Of a DNA stretch of 64,000 bases, positions 1 to 13,612 are shown piece after piece. Where the stretch lies: the NCBI GenBank assembly GCA_050273025.1, contig CP158635.1:11780001-11844000 (forward strand), read 5' to 3'. Position numbers and translations under genes: made by a program. The notes under the pieces were generated by a model. That model saw only the letters and a program-made list of their open reading frames with translations, searched no databases and was not told the DNA's origin. Within the stretch, counting starts at the first letter, position 1. Every line of letters starts with the position of its first letter. The DNA is from Cenococcum geophilum. Lineage: Eukaryota.

Positions 1-215
1 AAGAAGGAGAAGAAGAAGGAGAAGAAAAAGAAAAAGAAGGAAAAGAAAAGGAAGAAAAAGAAAAAGGAAAAAAAGAAGAAGGAAAAGGAGAAGGAAAAAA
101 AGAGGAAGGAAAAGAAAAAGAAGAAAAAGGAGGAGGTAAAGAAGAAAAAGAATAAAGAGAAGAAGAAGAAAAAGAAAAATAAGAAGAAGAAAAAAAAAAA
201 TAGGGAAAAGGAAAG
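1..215. repeat. Purine-rich (AAG/GAA/GAG)n low-complexity tract
   Basis: Almost exclusively A/G with triplet periodicity (aagaaggagaagaagaaggagaag...). Confidence 0.9.
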
Positions 216-1729
216 AATAAATCTAAGTAAGTTCTAGTATAGTAGTATTAAAGTAGTTCTAATATTAATAGGGTATAGAGATTCTAAAATCGTATTATAA
301 GACGCTAAAGAAATGTTAAAAGGGTTTCTTAATAGTTTAGGGGAGTATAAATATCTAGAGGATAGTATATTAAAAATGCTAAAAGGAGGGCTTAATAAAT
401 TATATATAGAGATAAAAAGAGATATAAAAATAGATAAAAAGAGAAGAAATTAAATGCTAGTAAAAATTAAAGTAATAAAAAAGGAAATAGATATTAACGC
501 GGAACTATAGTACTAGCTAGTCTAGTATTATTAAATAGAAATTAATTAATAATCTTTTAAGCCAAATTTTATTATTTTCTACTTATCTCCTCTAAGAAAG
601 AAGAATAGCTCTAGAAGTAAAAGTTAGCTAAAAGATAGTAATATAGAGGAGATAATATTCGCGAAGTTTATTTTACGTAAGAATTATCTTATAAATTAGA
701 CGCCCTATAGTAAAATTCGGTTATAGGGCAGGGAAAGTATATATATACGGCTATCCCCTATAAAGTAGAGAATTTGTTAGTAAGGAGCGGTTAGTTTATA
801 AGAACTTAGCAAACCTTAGCTTCGCTAAGACCCCTAACCTTTACCTTAAAGGGCCTTATTTTCTTCTTATTCTTATCTTTTCTTATACCACACCTCCCCC
901 TCTTCTTATTACTTATTACCGTCGTATTAAAATATATTCGCCCCTTAGCGCTAATATATATATAAGTATCCATTTTATATCTTTAACTAATAATTAATGT
1001 AGTTAATTACGGCCTTTCCTTTAGCCTCTTCTAACTCTAGCCTTTAGTATTAGCAACTTTCCAACGCTTATTAAGTTCTTTTAGTACTACCTCTATCCTC
1101 TTAGCGCGTATATATCCTTATAATTCCACTTTCTCTTTTACCTCTCTTTTTTTAATTCCTAATTAAGACTACTCCGTAGTCATTTATATGCCCTTCCTAG
1201 GTAGGGATAGATAGGCGTACCGCCTCGCCCCGCCTTCTTTACTAAGTTAAGTATACGTTATATAATTTAATTACGCGCTCTTTTCCCCTAGGATGCATTA
1301 TATAGAGCCAATAGCTTTAGCGTCTGCTAATAGTTAAAGCCGCCTATATTATAAGGATATACTACTAGGTTACTTAGTAGAAACCTAGCTAAATATCTAA
1401 GCGGCTATACCCTACTAGGCTATTAGAACTAGACCTCGTAAGTAGTATTTTAGGTAGCTATATACGTATACCTATCTGCCTATATAGTTATATTAAAACG
1501 GGTATTTTAAGGACGCCGTGCGGTCTATAGGCTTAGGCGTAAAGGACTATCTAGCTACCTTACCACTTATAAGACGTTTAAGCGGTAAAGGTTTAGTCTT
1601 TTAGGTCAGAGTATATAACTGCAAAGGATTAATACCAGCCAGTCTATATTAGGAGGGTAAGTATTACGCAGTATTCTATACCGCCTATTACTAATATATC
1701 TAGGTTATTTAATAGAGCCTTACTTACTA

Positions 1730-2105
1730 CGCAGCAGGTCTAGATTACTTAGTATAGCTAACAGACGTACTAGTAATAAAGTAATTAGTATTAGAGGGTC
1801 CTGCTTACCGCTAGTAGGTTACTTAATTATATAGGCGGTAGGCGTACTAGTGATAAAGCAATTAGCATTTAAGAGCTTCGCTCGCTACTAGTAGATCTAA
1901 ATTACTTAATAATGCGGGAGGGTAGGCGTATTAGTGGTAGAGGGGTTAATAGGGAGCTACTAGTATACTTAAATTATTTAATAATTATATATGTAGTAGG
2001 CGTCTTAGAGTAAAAGCCCTACTTACTACTAGTAGGTCTAGATTACTTAATGCGGGCGGTAGGCGTATTAGAGTAGTTAGTATTAAGGGGCTCCGCTCAC
2101 TACTA
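1730..2105 (+). repeat. Degenerate ~70-80 bp tandem repeats, probably within a RIPped cargo gene
   Basis: Recurring ggcggtaggcgta(c/t)tag, gctccgct/gcttcgct and gtaggtctagattacttaa motifs. Confidence 0.6.
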
Positions 2106-2699
2106 ATAAGAATACTATCTCCTTTTATTATAGATATTTAGCAATATATACGCATATTAGGCTTTATATCTAGCTAATAATTAATATAAGAGATTAATTC
2201 TATTAGGTTAGAGTAGACATATTAGCGCTGCTATTTATTAAGAAATACCGATATAACGGCCTTATTAGAGCTAAATATTCTAGCTATGTAGGCGGGGCGC
2301 TATTCTAACCGTAATTTGCTAAAGGTATTAATCAGGCAGCAGGTCTAGGCCATTTTAGACCTTTACCCCGCAAATAGTATATATTAGATACCTTAGCTAG
2401 TTAAGAAGTCTAGGCTATAGGCGAAAGCTAGCGGTAAAGGCAGGACTAGCGCGTATTTTAAAATCCTATAATTCCCCTTAAGCAACAGCGACAAATACTG
2501 TTTCTCTTTAGAAATTTCATTTAATTAATTTCTATACTACTACTTAAGAAAAGCTAAAAGCCCCTTACCAGTATTATATAACCTATAGCCCTAATAATAA
2601 GCGCGGGTATATTTTAGAGGAAGTCTAATAGACCTCATTTTTACCTAAAAGATAATCCTAAGGCGTATTAAGCTTTACTACTCTTAGGTACTCCGCTCT

Positions 2700-4250
2700 A
2701 TATAGGGCCTTAATTTAAATATTCCGCCTAATAAAGCATCTATAGATTCCGAATACAATTATAAGAAAAATAATAATAAGGATAACGGGGATAGCGAGGA
2801 TAAAGATATCTGCGATGCGAGTAGCAGTAGGGGAAGTAGTTAAGGTAATTCATCCTAGCACTTTCCTATTATTTTCTAGTATCTATATATATCTAATAAG
2901 TAGTAGCGGATCCAATAGTTATTAAAGATAGCGTAGCTAACTTAGACCTAAAAGCTAAAGATTATAGAAATAATAGCAGCGATAATAATGATAAGTTACC
3001 CTTATTAGAAGCGTTAGAAGAGCTCTCCTATATACCTACACGTAGCTATATTAAACCTATATTACTAGATAGCAATAACCTAGCTAACGGCCGTTATAAT
3101 GGAACCACTCTATAGCTTAGTTAGGAACCTATAATATTAGTCGCTAGTTAAGAGTCTTTAGGAGCTAAAAGAGTAGAGGGCACTAGTAAGTTATAAAGAC
3201 TGCGATTACTATAACCTTAGACTAATAAATATAAATATAGATAACCTATTAGCTAATAAGGGTGGGCGTAAGAAGATAAACTTAAGAAGTATATTATTAA
3301 CATTAAAGAAGCGGAGACTTAATTAGCTTAAGTAACTAAAAAATATTAATTATAGCTCTAATAATTCCAAGAACCTTAGGCCCACAAAGTAACAAAAATT
3401 ACCCTCCTATAAAACCTTTCCTCCTAGTCCTATCCTTAACCTTTACGACTATACTAACGACCGGGCGGCCTCCGCTGCGCGACCTACTAGCCCTTCCCTT
3501 TAGCACTTCTCTCCCTGTAATACTACACCACCCTATAATAAGGTTAATAACTATCTAAATTAAGTTCTCTATAATCCTACTAACGATTTAACTAAAGCTA
3601 AAAACTATAATAATGGTAGTGGCGATATAAATAATAAAGGCGAGGGTAATAATATCTATAAGTATATAGTGCAACTGTCGACGCCTATCGGCAGTTAGTT
3701 AAACTTAAAGCGCGCTGTAAAGTATCGTCTTCAGTAGACTTACCATTCCCCATCTATATATAAGTTATCCCCTACACATAATTGCCGCACCTAAAAACCG
3801 CTATTAAACTCCGCTTCTAATTCTAATGCTAATCTAAAAGAACTATTATTCCTAGTTGTTTTAGGGCGTAAGAAAAACGGGTCTTATATTATAGAAGTTC
3901 CTTTAAATAACCTTCCTTAATTATTAAACTCTGCCTCTAATCCTGAAGTAAGACTAAGAGCTACGTTAAATACTAGAGAATGGTTATTCCTAGTAGTCCT
4001 TAGGTGCGAAAAAAATAGATCCTATATTATAGAAATTCCCCTAAACGACCTTCCCTACTTATTAGGCGGTCTCTAGAGCTAAATCCTAGAAATAAGTTAA
4101 AAGAGGAATAGAGTTATAGGATTAAAGACCGCGTTCTAAAACGACGTCTTAGATTAGTATAGATGCGTTATTACTTAAAGTTAGGGGCCCGGCTACTATA
4201 AGTTTCAGTCCTTTCCCTTTAGAGCCACCCCTTACTTTGCCTTTAGTATT
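2700..4250 (+). pseudogene. RIPped hypothetical cargo gene, acidic/low-complexity, with internal duplication
   Basis: Reads DSSDDDDELPSLEALEEL near 2975-3025; GT..AG introns near 2844-2903 and 3186-3240; duplicated EWSF-x-VVL...ITEVPLNDLP unit at 3803-4064. Boundaries approximate. Confidence 0.4.
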
Positions 4251-4690
4251 ACTTTACTACTACCCTTAATAATTTATTAGGAAATATAGTTATTATTATT
4301 AATAAAATATAGTTATTTATTTAAGTTTTTGGTACTAACCTCTAAGTATAAAGTAATGTATTTCTCTATTGTAGTAGTAAATAAAGTAAAAAATAGTATA
4401 TTAAATGTCTGTAAAGAATACCCTTAGCTCTATATTGCTAATCTATATCTTTATTATTAATGCTAAAAGCTATCTATAATTTAGATATAATTAATTTTAG
4501 AGGAAGATATAATTAAGGGGACTTATTAGTAAAAGGATTTAATAGGGCTGATTTCCGGACCCTATCTATAAGGTATTAGTTCCTTACATTTAAGAGCTAT
4601 ATAAGGTTGTCTTTAAGGATAAATTTTATACTAAAAATATATTAAATGCTAAGCGTAAATACTAGCGGAATAATATTCCTAGAGCACTTT

Positions 4691-4910
4691 TTTTAGAGTA
4701 TAGGTTATTCTAGAGTATAGGTTATTTTAAAGTATAGGTTATTTTAGAGCACGGGTTATTCTAGAACATGGGTTATTTTAGAGTATAGGTTATTCTAGAG
4801 TACGGGTTATTCTAGAGTATAGGTTATTCTAGAGTATAGGTTATTTTAGAGTATAGGTTATTTTAAAGTACGGGTTATTTTAAAGCATAGGTTATTCTAG
4901 AGTATGGCTT
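4691..4910 (+). repeat. 17-bp tandem array, ~13 copies (TTCTAGAGTATAGGTTA variants)
   Basis: Directly visible; copies differ essentially by C/T and G/A transitions; inverted partial copies at 4968-4979 and 4982-5000. Confidence 0.95.
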
Positions 4911-5189
4911 TAAATCCCCTACGGGATTTTAATAAATAGGGGAAAATATTCCTTACGCTTAAATTTGCCGTGCTTTAGAGTAAGCCATACTCTAAAATAT
5001 TTTTACTAAGGTTATTTATAGCTTAGCCTAATTTATTACAAAAATAAATAGATATTTATTCTTAATATAATTTTATATAAATAAGATTTAATACACCCAT
5101 TTTATAATAAATATGAATTTTAAAGATAGAAATAATATAGGTAAATTGCTATAGACATTTTTATAACTATTAGAGTTGTGTTTACTTTT

Positions 5190-8100
5190 GCGTAGTATCT
5201 TTTAGGGAACTAAAACGTCTTTTTAAGGAAACCTCCGCTATATAATAGCGAGAGTAAGTAACTAATTTAGGTATACTATGATTAGAAACACTAAAAGGAG
5301 TATTAAGTTGTTATTGCCGAATAAACTAGAATATACTTTACGGAAACCCACTAATTCTAATACGAATATCTTTGTCTACTTTAAGGTATATTATAATAGT
5401 TTTAGAAGGGTATCTTATATAAAACACTACTGGTTTCCTAAACCTTAGGCATAAGGTATAAACACCTTAAGCACCCTTAAAGGTCGCTAGGGTGACTAAA
5501 TTAGTAACGAATTCTATTACTAAAGGGAATATGCGACCAATCGTGTTAGTAATTGCGCTAATTTGGTTTCGGCAGCGAATTAATCCCTTATATTTATAAA
5601 ATCCTGCATTAAATTTTAGGGCGTAGTCTAGCTTAAAAAAAAAGGATAAAGCTAAGAGTAATAGGACCAATCTTTGACGCTCCGCAGCTCCGTAAGGCTA
5701 CATCTATACTATCTCCCGCAGCTTAGCTATAATTAAAGTATTATTAATAGCTATCGATTTCTCTAGCTTTACGTTAAAACGAAAGTAGTTCGCTTTTGAA
5801 TTGTCGTCTAAGTGTGTAGTAAGATCCCTTTATATTCTTTCGCTATTAAAAGAAGAAAGCTATAATTAATAGAGTCTCGGAATAAACCCATTGTTAAAGA
5901 TATGCCTAAAATGTGGAGCTTGAGGTGACTGGCTCTCTATAGTGCCAGTTCTAAGAGATAGGACTATATTAGCCCTATAGTCTTTAGACTAAATATAACG
6001 ACTCTCGCAAAGTCTAAGGCTTATTGGATTATTATACTTTAATCCCCTATCTTAAAAGGCGCTAAATGATTTTAGTTCTATAGCCCGGAATAATCTTATT
6101 AATTAATTAGTAGGTAGTAAAAGAGAAGATTAAAGGGCTTTAAATATATATACTGGGGCGGTAGAGGTAGCCCTAGCACTGTTTAGTGATTAGCGTAAGA
6201 AGCCTAGTTTATTAAAGGTTAACTTACGCTTACTAGACGTACAGAATCTCTTTAATACCGTTCTCTTTTGGTTTAGTGTGCTTATAGCCTACTAGAAGCC
6301 TTAGTTATATTATTTACTTTACTAGTATTGTTATTAGATAAACCACTTATCTTCTCTACGGAAGGGTTATAATTAGAAAATAAGAAAGGTGCTACGTCTA
6401 AGATATTGGTAGCTGTTACGGCTACCTTTATACCTAAGTAAGCCGAAGCTATTAGATCTATTAAGCGTCTTATTAGCCCAAAGATATTTTTAAAGTATTT
6501 TTCTAAAGCCGTAGCGTCGTACCGACCGTCCGAAAGCTATGTATAGAGATAACCGCGTAAACGCGAGAGGAATGACTTAGATGTAGGCCTTTAGCTTTTA
6601 AAAAATTGCGTAAGGGTTTAGTTAAATGTTTCGCTATACTGGGCAACGTTCTATTTATAAAGAAATATAAGTAAGGCTTCTAGGCCGCCTATTTTTATAA
6701 GCGCCGTATTAGATAATAGATAGATTACTTACCGGAGCTTGTGCCGATAACTATATTAAAGAAGTCCTGGATAACGCAGGACCTAAGTAAATTTTAGGTT
6801 TGTAAGAGGAACTCTAAAGGTATTACGCCTCTTATGCCACTACCGTTAATTCTAAGGATACGGATACCATAAGTAGGCGGCTTTAGCTTTGCAGTTAAAG
6901 AGCCTGTGGATAAAACTGCTTTGTAGAGAATATAGGCATTAATAGTGTATTTATACTCTGCTCCTATTACTACATCGCTAAATATTTAAACGTAGATGTT
7001 GTAAATAGTATGGCCGCAATTAAGCATATACTAAGGAGTTTGAAAGCAATAGAATAGGTATATCTTATTTGTTTTAATATAGGCCTAATATAGACAAATA
7101 TCTAGAGCTTAGGCTTTTGCAAAAGGTATATTTTATAATAATTTGAAAAGACTATAGATATGCTTTTCAGCTTGGCGGCTCTAATACTCTTTTATACTTT
7201 TGTTAAAGACTTCTAATAACGTATAAATAAATGCAGATTGATATAGTAAACGGTAAATTTGCCTTAGTGCAAAATCTAGTAAAATAGTTAGTTAAAAGAA
7301 ATGGTATAAAGAAGGTGACTTTACTATATACTTGTGGAGGATATATATTTATTAAAATACTTAATATAACGAACTTAGTAATGTCTTTATAAAGGATCTT
7401 CCCCTCCCTCTTAAGCCTTATAATGGTTTTTATATAACTACTAAGATCCTTATATATATAATACTTTCGAGTTGCTTAAATAATATTAAAGGGCTCTATG
7501 GCGGTTGTGGCTGTATATAGTAGCGCTGCCTAATAGAGCGTATTGAGGTGATGTGTAGTAAATAATCGGTATTTAAGCCGTAAATAATATCTAATCTCGT
7601 TGACTTATCTTAGTATTTCCTCCTTTAAAGGCCTATAGCCTACTAGAGGAGATAGAGAGCCGTCTATCTTAAGCGCGGCAATTTGCGAGAAAATCTTTAT
7701 AGTGTAAGTACTTATACAAACGGCTCTAGCTTCCGTTATATTCTTTTATAAAGAAATAATAATTAAACTAGGGCTGGTCCTTAGGAGGACACCTACGTAA
7801 CTGCTAATATTAGCCCATTGTTTAAAAAAGGTAGAAATTTGTTTAATAGAATTAAAGTTATTAATAAATACGGTAAGAACTATAATAAAAGGTAGTACGA
7901 TATAAGCAAATATAGCGTTAATAACTAACTGTCCGCTAGGGGGCTGCCAAGCCACTATATAAGTAGTGCTCTTATAGTAGGACGTAGGCGCTAGGTAAGA
8001 TGGGATAGCGCTAGTAAAATCGCCGTCTATAAAGATAATTAGGTTGTTATACGCTGTTAAAGATATATTAATTCGGATATTTAAGACTCCCTTAGAGCTA

Positions 8101-8330
8101 TGCCTCTTAAAGTTATTATATAGAAATAGCTGCTGCAAAGTAATGTTTTTACTTCTTTTGCCTAGGAATAGAAGTAAACTCAGCGTCTGTAAAGCAGAGT
8201 TCGGTAAGGCTTAAATAATATGGCCTAGCTAAGAAGTATTATTAATTATAAAGCTAGTGGATCCAGCCACTTATAGCTATATAGCGTGGTTTTTACAAAA
8301 TATAATTATTAAGTAGAAGAGAATTTATTA
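5190..8330 (-). pseudogene. Patatin-like phospholipase (Starship PLP type), RIPped
   Basis: Minus strand: GIRIL-x-IDGGGVRGVIPLEFL (~6870-6805), IQDFFD..IGTSSG nucleophile elbow (~6773-6730), ARATSAAP (~6178-6153), FQDGGLKHNNP (~6058-6025). Track ORFs 5467..5670 and 7746..8138 are fragments. Ends approximate. Confidence 0.85.
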
Positions 8331-8948
8331 CTTTATTTAGTAAGTACGCAAGAGTATTTAAATATAGCTAAGTTTAGGCGTTATACTCTTATAGGAATCT
8401 TTATATTAGCTTTATAATAGAATAGTTTTAATAATATTAGTATTTAAGGTAAAAAAAGCTATTTATAGAGAGAGAGAAGATATAAAGGCAACTAGGACCC
8501 TCTCTCTCTCTATAGAAACTATTTTATATAAAGAAAGGAAAAAAGGCGTTTTTTCTATTTCTAGATAGGATAGAAATAGCTGCGAGAAAGTGGCTAATAA
8601 CAGTAGGATCCTTAGAAGGAGGTAACTTCTACTAAGCTCTTAGTAGATAGATATTATAGAGTAAAAGGATAGAAATAAGCTATAAATAGGATATAGATAG
8701 GCGTTAGGATCTCTTAATTTCTTATAGTCTTTTCTACTATTTTTAAACCACCTATTAGTTATTAGCAACCTAATATTTTACTAAAGACCGGTAAACCCCT
8801 AGTTTAGAGGTATATATTATTATATATAGTATAATATAACGGATATAAAAAAATAAAAAAGCTATTTATATATTGTAATAAAAATAGAACAAACCTATTT
8901 TAACTAGAAAATGCTTTAATATACCTAGAAAGGCTAAAGTTAAAGGTA

Positions 8949-11340
8949 ATAGATTCTAAGTTAGAGCGCGACTTATCTCTCTTTAATAAGAAATAGAGTT
9001 ACTTTTATAGGGATATAAAGATCCGCTTATTATTTCTAAAGTTTAAGGACTAGAAGGTTAAAGAAGCTCGGACCCTTAATTGGGAAAACGTTCTCCAACT
9101 TATTAACATCTTTAAGATAGAAGGCTGCTACCGCTTAGAGCTGGAACACTATATATTAGCTCTAATTAGTTAAGAGACCCTTAATAAAGGTCTATATAAG
9201 TCTAACTTAATATAGGTAGGTCTTTTAGACTGTTAAAGCGAGCCGCTAGAACTACTGCTTGATAATAACTCTATAGTAGTTTGCTTATATAGTTAACATT
9301 GTATTAAAGTAGGTAAAGCTTACCTTGTCTTAAGGGAAAAGTAGTAGGTTATAAGGTTGTATCTTAATAGTAAGTTAACCTAAGGTATAGAATAACGTAA
9401 TCTAAAACCAATCTATAAAGGCCTTTTATTGAGTTATATCTTAGAACTTTGAATGGAATATTTAAATAAACGCCTATTTTGCGACGGCGATATATTTCGA
9501 CACCTTTGATATTTCTAGCGTCGCGTAAATCTTATATAAGAAAATAAATAGCTTTTTAGGCTTTCTAAAAGCAAAAAAAAGGATATTAAAAAACTGCTTA
9601 AAAAAATGCCGTGTCTCCGCAATGTATTTAATAACCTTTTTCTACTTATTAGGCTTTGGCCGGCACTTTAGCTGGGCACTTTATATTATATCCTTATTTT
9701 AAAATGCGATGAGGTAATTATAATAATTAAAGCCGGCTAAAATTTATAACTAACATTGTATAGGAGCTCATTTACTATCTTAACTATATTTATAGTTTAT
9801 AGTTATATATACTTAACAATAACAAAGCCCTTATACCTCTCTTAGATTCTTGTATAGTTTTTCTTATTAAGCTTTTTATTCCCCGAGGTTCATTATATAA
9901 TAGATTAGAGATTGAAAATCTTATAAAGGATAGTTAACTCTTCTTAGCCGTTATTTCTTATTAAGTATAAAGTGGAATCTTAGAGCGCCTAAAGAATTTC
10001 CTAGGACAAATTCCTTCTCTATATACATTTTTTAAGGATATAAAATATCTTAAACCGTGCTCTAAGGTGGTTAAAAGACTTCTACTAAATAAATTTAAAG
10101 GTATAGTATAGATAGCTATAGGACGAGCCTATCTAGGATTAAATTAAGGCCAAATAAGTATATAAACAGTAGAAAGCGTTTACACTATAGAAGAAAGTAA
10201 TTTAAAGGAATTAAACTTTAGGCTCGGCTACCTGTAAATTTAGCTTTTTGCTATACGACACTTTCCTTAACTTACTAGTATAATACCCCAGAAGGACCTC
10301 AGTAAGCCTAAACTAGAGGTTAAGCTATATAATATATTATAGGAATAGCTAGGATTCCTTATATAAAGACTAGGCTTTAGCTTTAATAAGATTACTTAGT
10401 TAATATATATAAATTATATAGAGAATATAATAGAAGACTTCCTTAGTATAACTTACCTTGGAACTCTCTCTAAGCTTAAGCTAAGTCTTATACTTTAGCA
10501 AGTGTAGCGGATTTGTTAAATAATTAGAGATATACTAAGTCGCTATCCTTATATAAGTTTCCCATTTCTTATAAATAACTCTATTTGTTAGCTAAAAATA
10601 CACTAATATAGTCGACCGTTTAAACAATCCCATATTACTAATAGGAAATATTTATTTATTAAAAATATAAACAGTTAGCAGCCTATTTAGGTAAAGCAAT
10701 ATACCTTAATATTTTATATTAAGCGAGATATATTCTATGCTTTTTTTAGGGTTTCCGATAAACCTTTAAAGCCGCTTATTTAAAGACTAAGCGGTAGGCC
10801 ACTAGGTACTCTCTTAAACCCTAACTTAGAGCCTCCCTTAAGCTCTAACTTAGGAGCCTTAGGCCCTAGCATAGGGAACCCCTTAGGTTGTGATATGAAG
10901 AATATAACGAACCCCAAGTTAGAAGCTAGTTAAAGGCCAACTACTAATATACCCTTAAGCGAGAACGACCTAATACCCTTACCCGATAACTCTACGTTCT
11001 TAGAAATGATTTAGGAAAAGCTAATTATTCTATATCTTTATACAAATCGCAGGCTTTATATATTCTTAGCGTTATCTTTAAGATTTAAATCCACTTTAGT
11101 GGATTTAGTGAATACTAGGCATAATTTTTTTATTGCCAATAGAGAGCGTTTTAAGTAGATAGGTGTGGGAGGTATAGGGGAGATAAAAAAAGGGTTGGTC
11201 TTTATGGGGGATACGAATAGGCTAGGGGGAAATACTTAGTCCTTAAATCCAATTCCCGATGAAACAGCCTATAAGATACGCCGAATCTCTTATTTTATTT
11301 AAAGTGGAGATAATATAAATACTCTACTGCGTTAATGGCC
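8949..11340 (+). pseudogene. DUF3723 family protein, RIPped
   Basis: LDWENVLRLIDIFKIEGCYRLEPEHHISALI (~9075-9170), CLHGQHRIEAG..WWVVRLYLD (~9282-9370), FCDGDIFRHL (~9477-9507), LVGLWPALQLGTLH (~9645-9690); introns with GTAAG/GTAAT donors. 3' end approximate. Confidence 0.85.
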
Positions 11341-11516
11341 TTTTAACTAGATCCCTAAATAAATATATATATTTTTAGATATCTTATATATAGTGTTAAA
11401 AGAGCTGTTTTAAATTTATATAATATTCTAATATTTATTTTATTTTAAGAATTCTTTTTTTAGAAGAAGTATATATATACATTATAGTAAAGTATAATTT
11501 TTTAATAAAGAGAAAA

Positions 11517-12650
11517 ATGTCTTTATAAAGACGGGTTACTAAATTCCTAGCATATAAAAAAAACGCTGAAATGATTAAACCTACTGCGAATAAGGATTAG
11601 AATCGGCCTAATATACTTATAAAATAAAAGTACATTTATAAGCGCAAGCGTATACCGTTCTATATTCTACTTAAAGTTAATAAAGATTTAGGGCTCTTCT
11701 TATTATTATTTACTACTAATAGTAAAAAAACCGCTCTACTATTAAAGGAACTAGAGACCCTTATAGTCTTAGGAAGTCCATAGAACTACTACCGCAAATT
11801 GCTTAAAGAAGATTAGGCAGGACCTGTAGTTATTACCTTTAAAATAGAGCCAACTTTCCCTATTATAGTTATTAAAATAAGAGTAATAAGTAAGACAGTA
11901 AACGGTTTAGAATGCTCAAAGTTACCTCACCTTAATATTATCAATATTCTAGAAGTATTTAAAGAGGGCAAAATGGTATATCTAATATACGAGTGCCTGT
12001 CTGTATCGTTAGCAGATATCTAGGCCAGCCCTTCTAAAACATTAGTAGAGTTTGAAATTGCTATAGTCTATAAGGAGGTAATATAGCTATTCTATTTAAA
12101 ACCAGCCTCTAATTTTAAATATAGGTAATCTAAGGACTTCTATTTATCTATAGCATTTATGTTATTTATGGCTTATTAAATTGCCAAAATCTCCTAATTT
12201 TAAGGAGTAGGGAAATTAAGATTAGTAAGTACCTAACGGTTATTCTAAAATAAAAAGCTAACGGTTAAGTAGTAAATATAGGTAAAAGTATACTTTAAGC
12301 GGCTTTTTATTCGGAGGATATTAATATAAAGGCTATTAGCTATATTATAATGCAATTAATAGAGCCCGGAACGGTTTTATAGTAACTAATTAGCCTTACT
12401 CTATAAAACCTAGAACGCTGGTCAGATATAGCTTAGGACTTCCTTAATGGAACCTCTTTACAGCCACTATTTTCTCTTAGTGAAGTATAGTTTCTAGGTT
12501 TTATCTCTTATTATGGGTTTAACGGTATAGTAGGACAAGTTTTTACTTAAATCACCGGGCCCGTCGTGCCTAATCCTATATATTTAGGTAGCTAAAAGGA
12601 TAATAAGGCGGAAGTGGAAGATATTTCCGGCCTTATTCTAACTTTAGATA
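11517..12650 (+). pseudogene. Protein kinase-like (possibly pseudokinase) gene, RIPped
   Basis: H-x-NIINILEVF..YLIYECLSVSLADI (~11928-12020), EFEIAIVCKE, IQGLLFIHS..HGSLNCQNLLI..GEIKI (~12128-12225); several short introns. Confidence 0.7.
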
Positions 12651-12939
12651 CAGCGCTAAATTAGTTAGTTATAGTATAACGCATATAGACGCTAGAATTA
12701 GTTAAGATATAACTTAGCATACCTAAAATGTTATAGGGGGTATTAGAGCGGCTAATGCATAAGATATATAAGTTTTCACTCTTCCCACTTTTTAATAACT
12801 AAGCCCTATTATTAATAGCTATACATTAATTAAGAACTTTTATAATCCTTCCACTAGTTATATTGCATATTACTATATAAGCTAGCGTCCAATCTTAATA
12901 AATCTACTTAACTAACTAGCCGCTATAGCTACATCCTAT

Positions 12940-13490
12940 AAAGCAAGGTAGAAAAGTTAGAAAAGTCTCTAAACCTCTTTATAATACGATATAAGCCGTA
13001 TAACGGTACCTAAAGAGGGGTGCTAGGGCTACTTCAGCTGATTATTTTATAAAGTGGCAATATACATATAAGGCGCGGCTAGAAGCATTTGCGCAGCAAT
13101 AAAAGACATTAGTAAAGACTTTAGAAGACCTTGGAAAATAGGTTTAACAACTTAGAGCTAAGTAATAGCAAAGTGGGTATGTCTATTCTAATTGTTATAA
13201 GGCAATTAATAAAGAATAGGAGGAGTTAGAAAATTTCGCGTGTTAACTACAGGATATTAAAACTAGCGTTAGCGATTTGGATTATAATATGTTAATTCTT
13301 AATTTTAATTATAAAACATTTAAGTGGATAGCTAGGCGATGTAATTATAGGATAGAGGTGGTAATAAAGAAGGTCCTTAAGATTAAGGAGAGACTAAATA
13401 ATATAGATGAATAGGTTAACTAGTCATTGGGTGCTTTAATGGAATAGAGTATAGTTAGTAGGAATATAATCTCTAAAGCAAAATAATAAA
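12940..13490 (+). pseudogene. Hypothetical coiled-coil protein, RIPped
   Basis: One frame with only TAA/TAG (ex-Gln) interruptions reads ...RLEAFAQQQKTLVKTLEDLGKQVQQL...EELENFARQLQDIETSVSDLD..., heptad-like. Confidence 0.45.
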
Positions 13491-13612
13491 CTTAATTAAA
13501 GATGCGTTAAATAGCTAAAAGTACAACTTATAGAAACACGCCTCGGGTTTAATCTAGATAAAGCCGTAGCTCGTCTTTTACTTAGCTAGCAGCTTACTTA
13601 TTTACGCTAAAT

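Noticed and set aside
4691..4910. CRISPR-like array
   Set aside because: Contiguous 17-bp units with no unique spacers, no cas genes, and a eukaryotic intron/RIP context.
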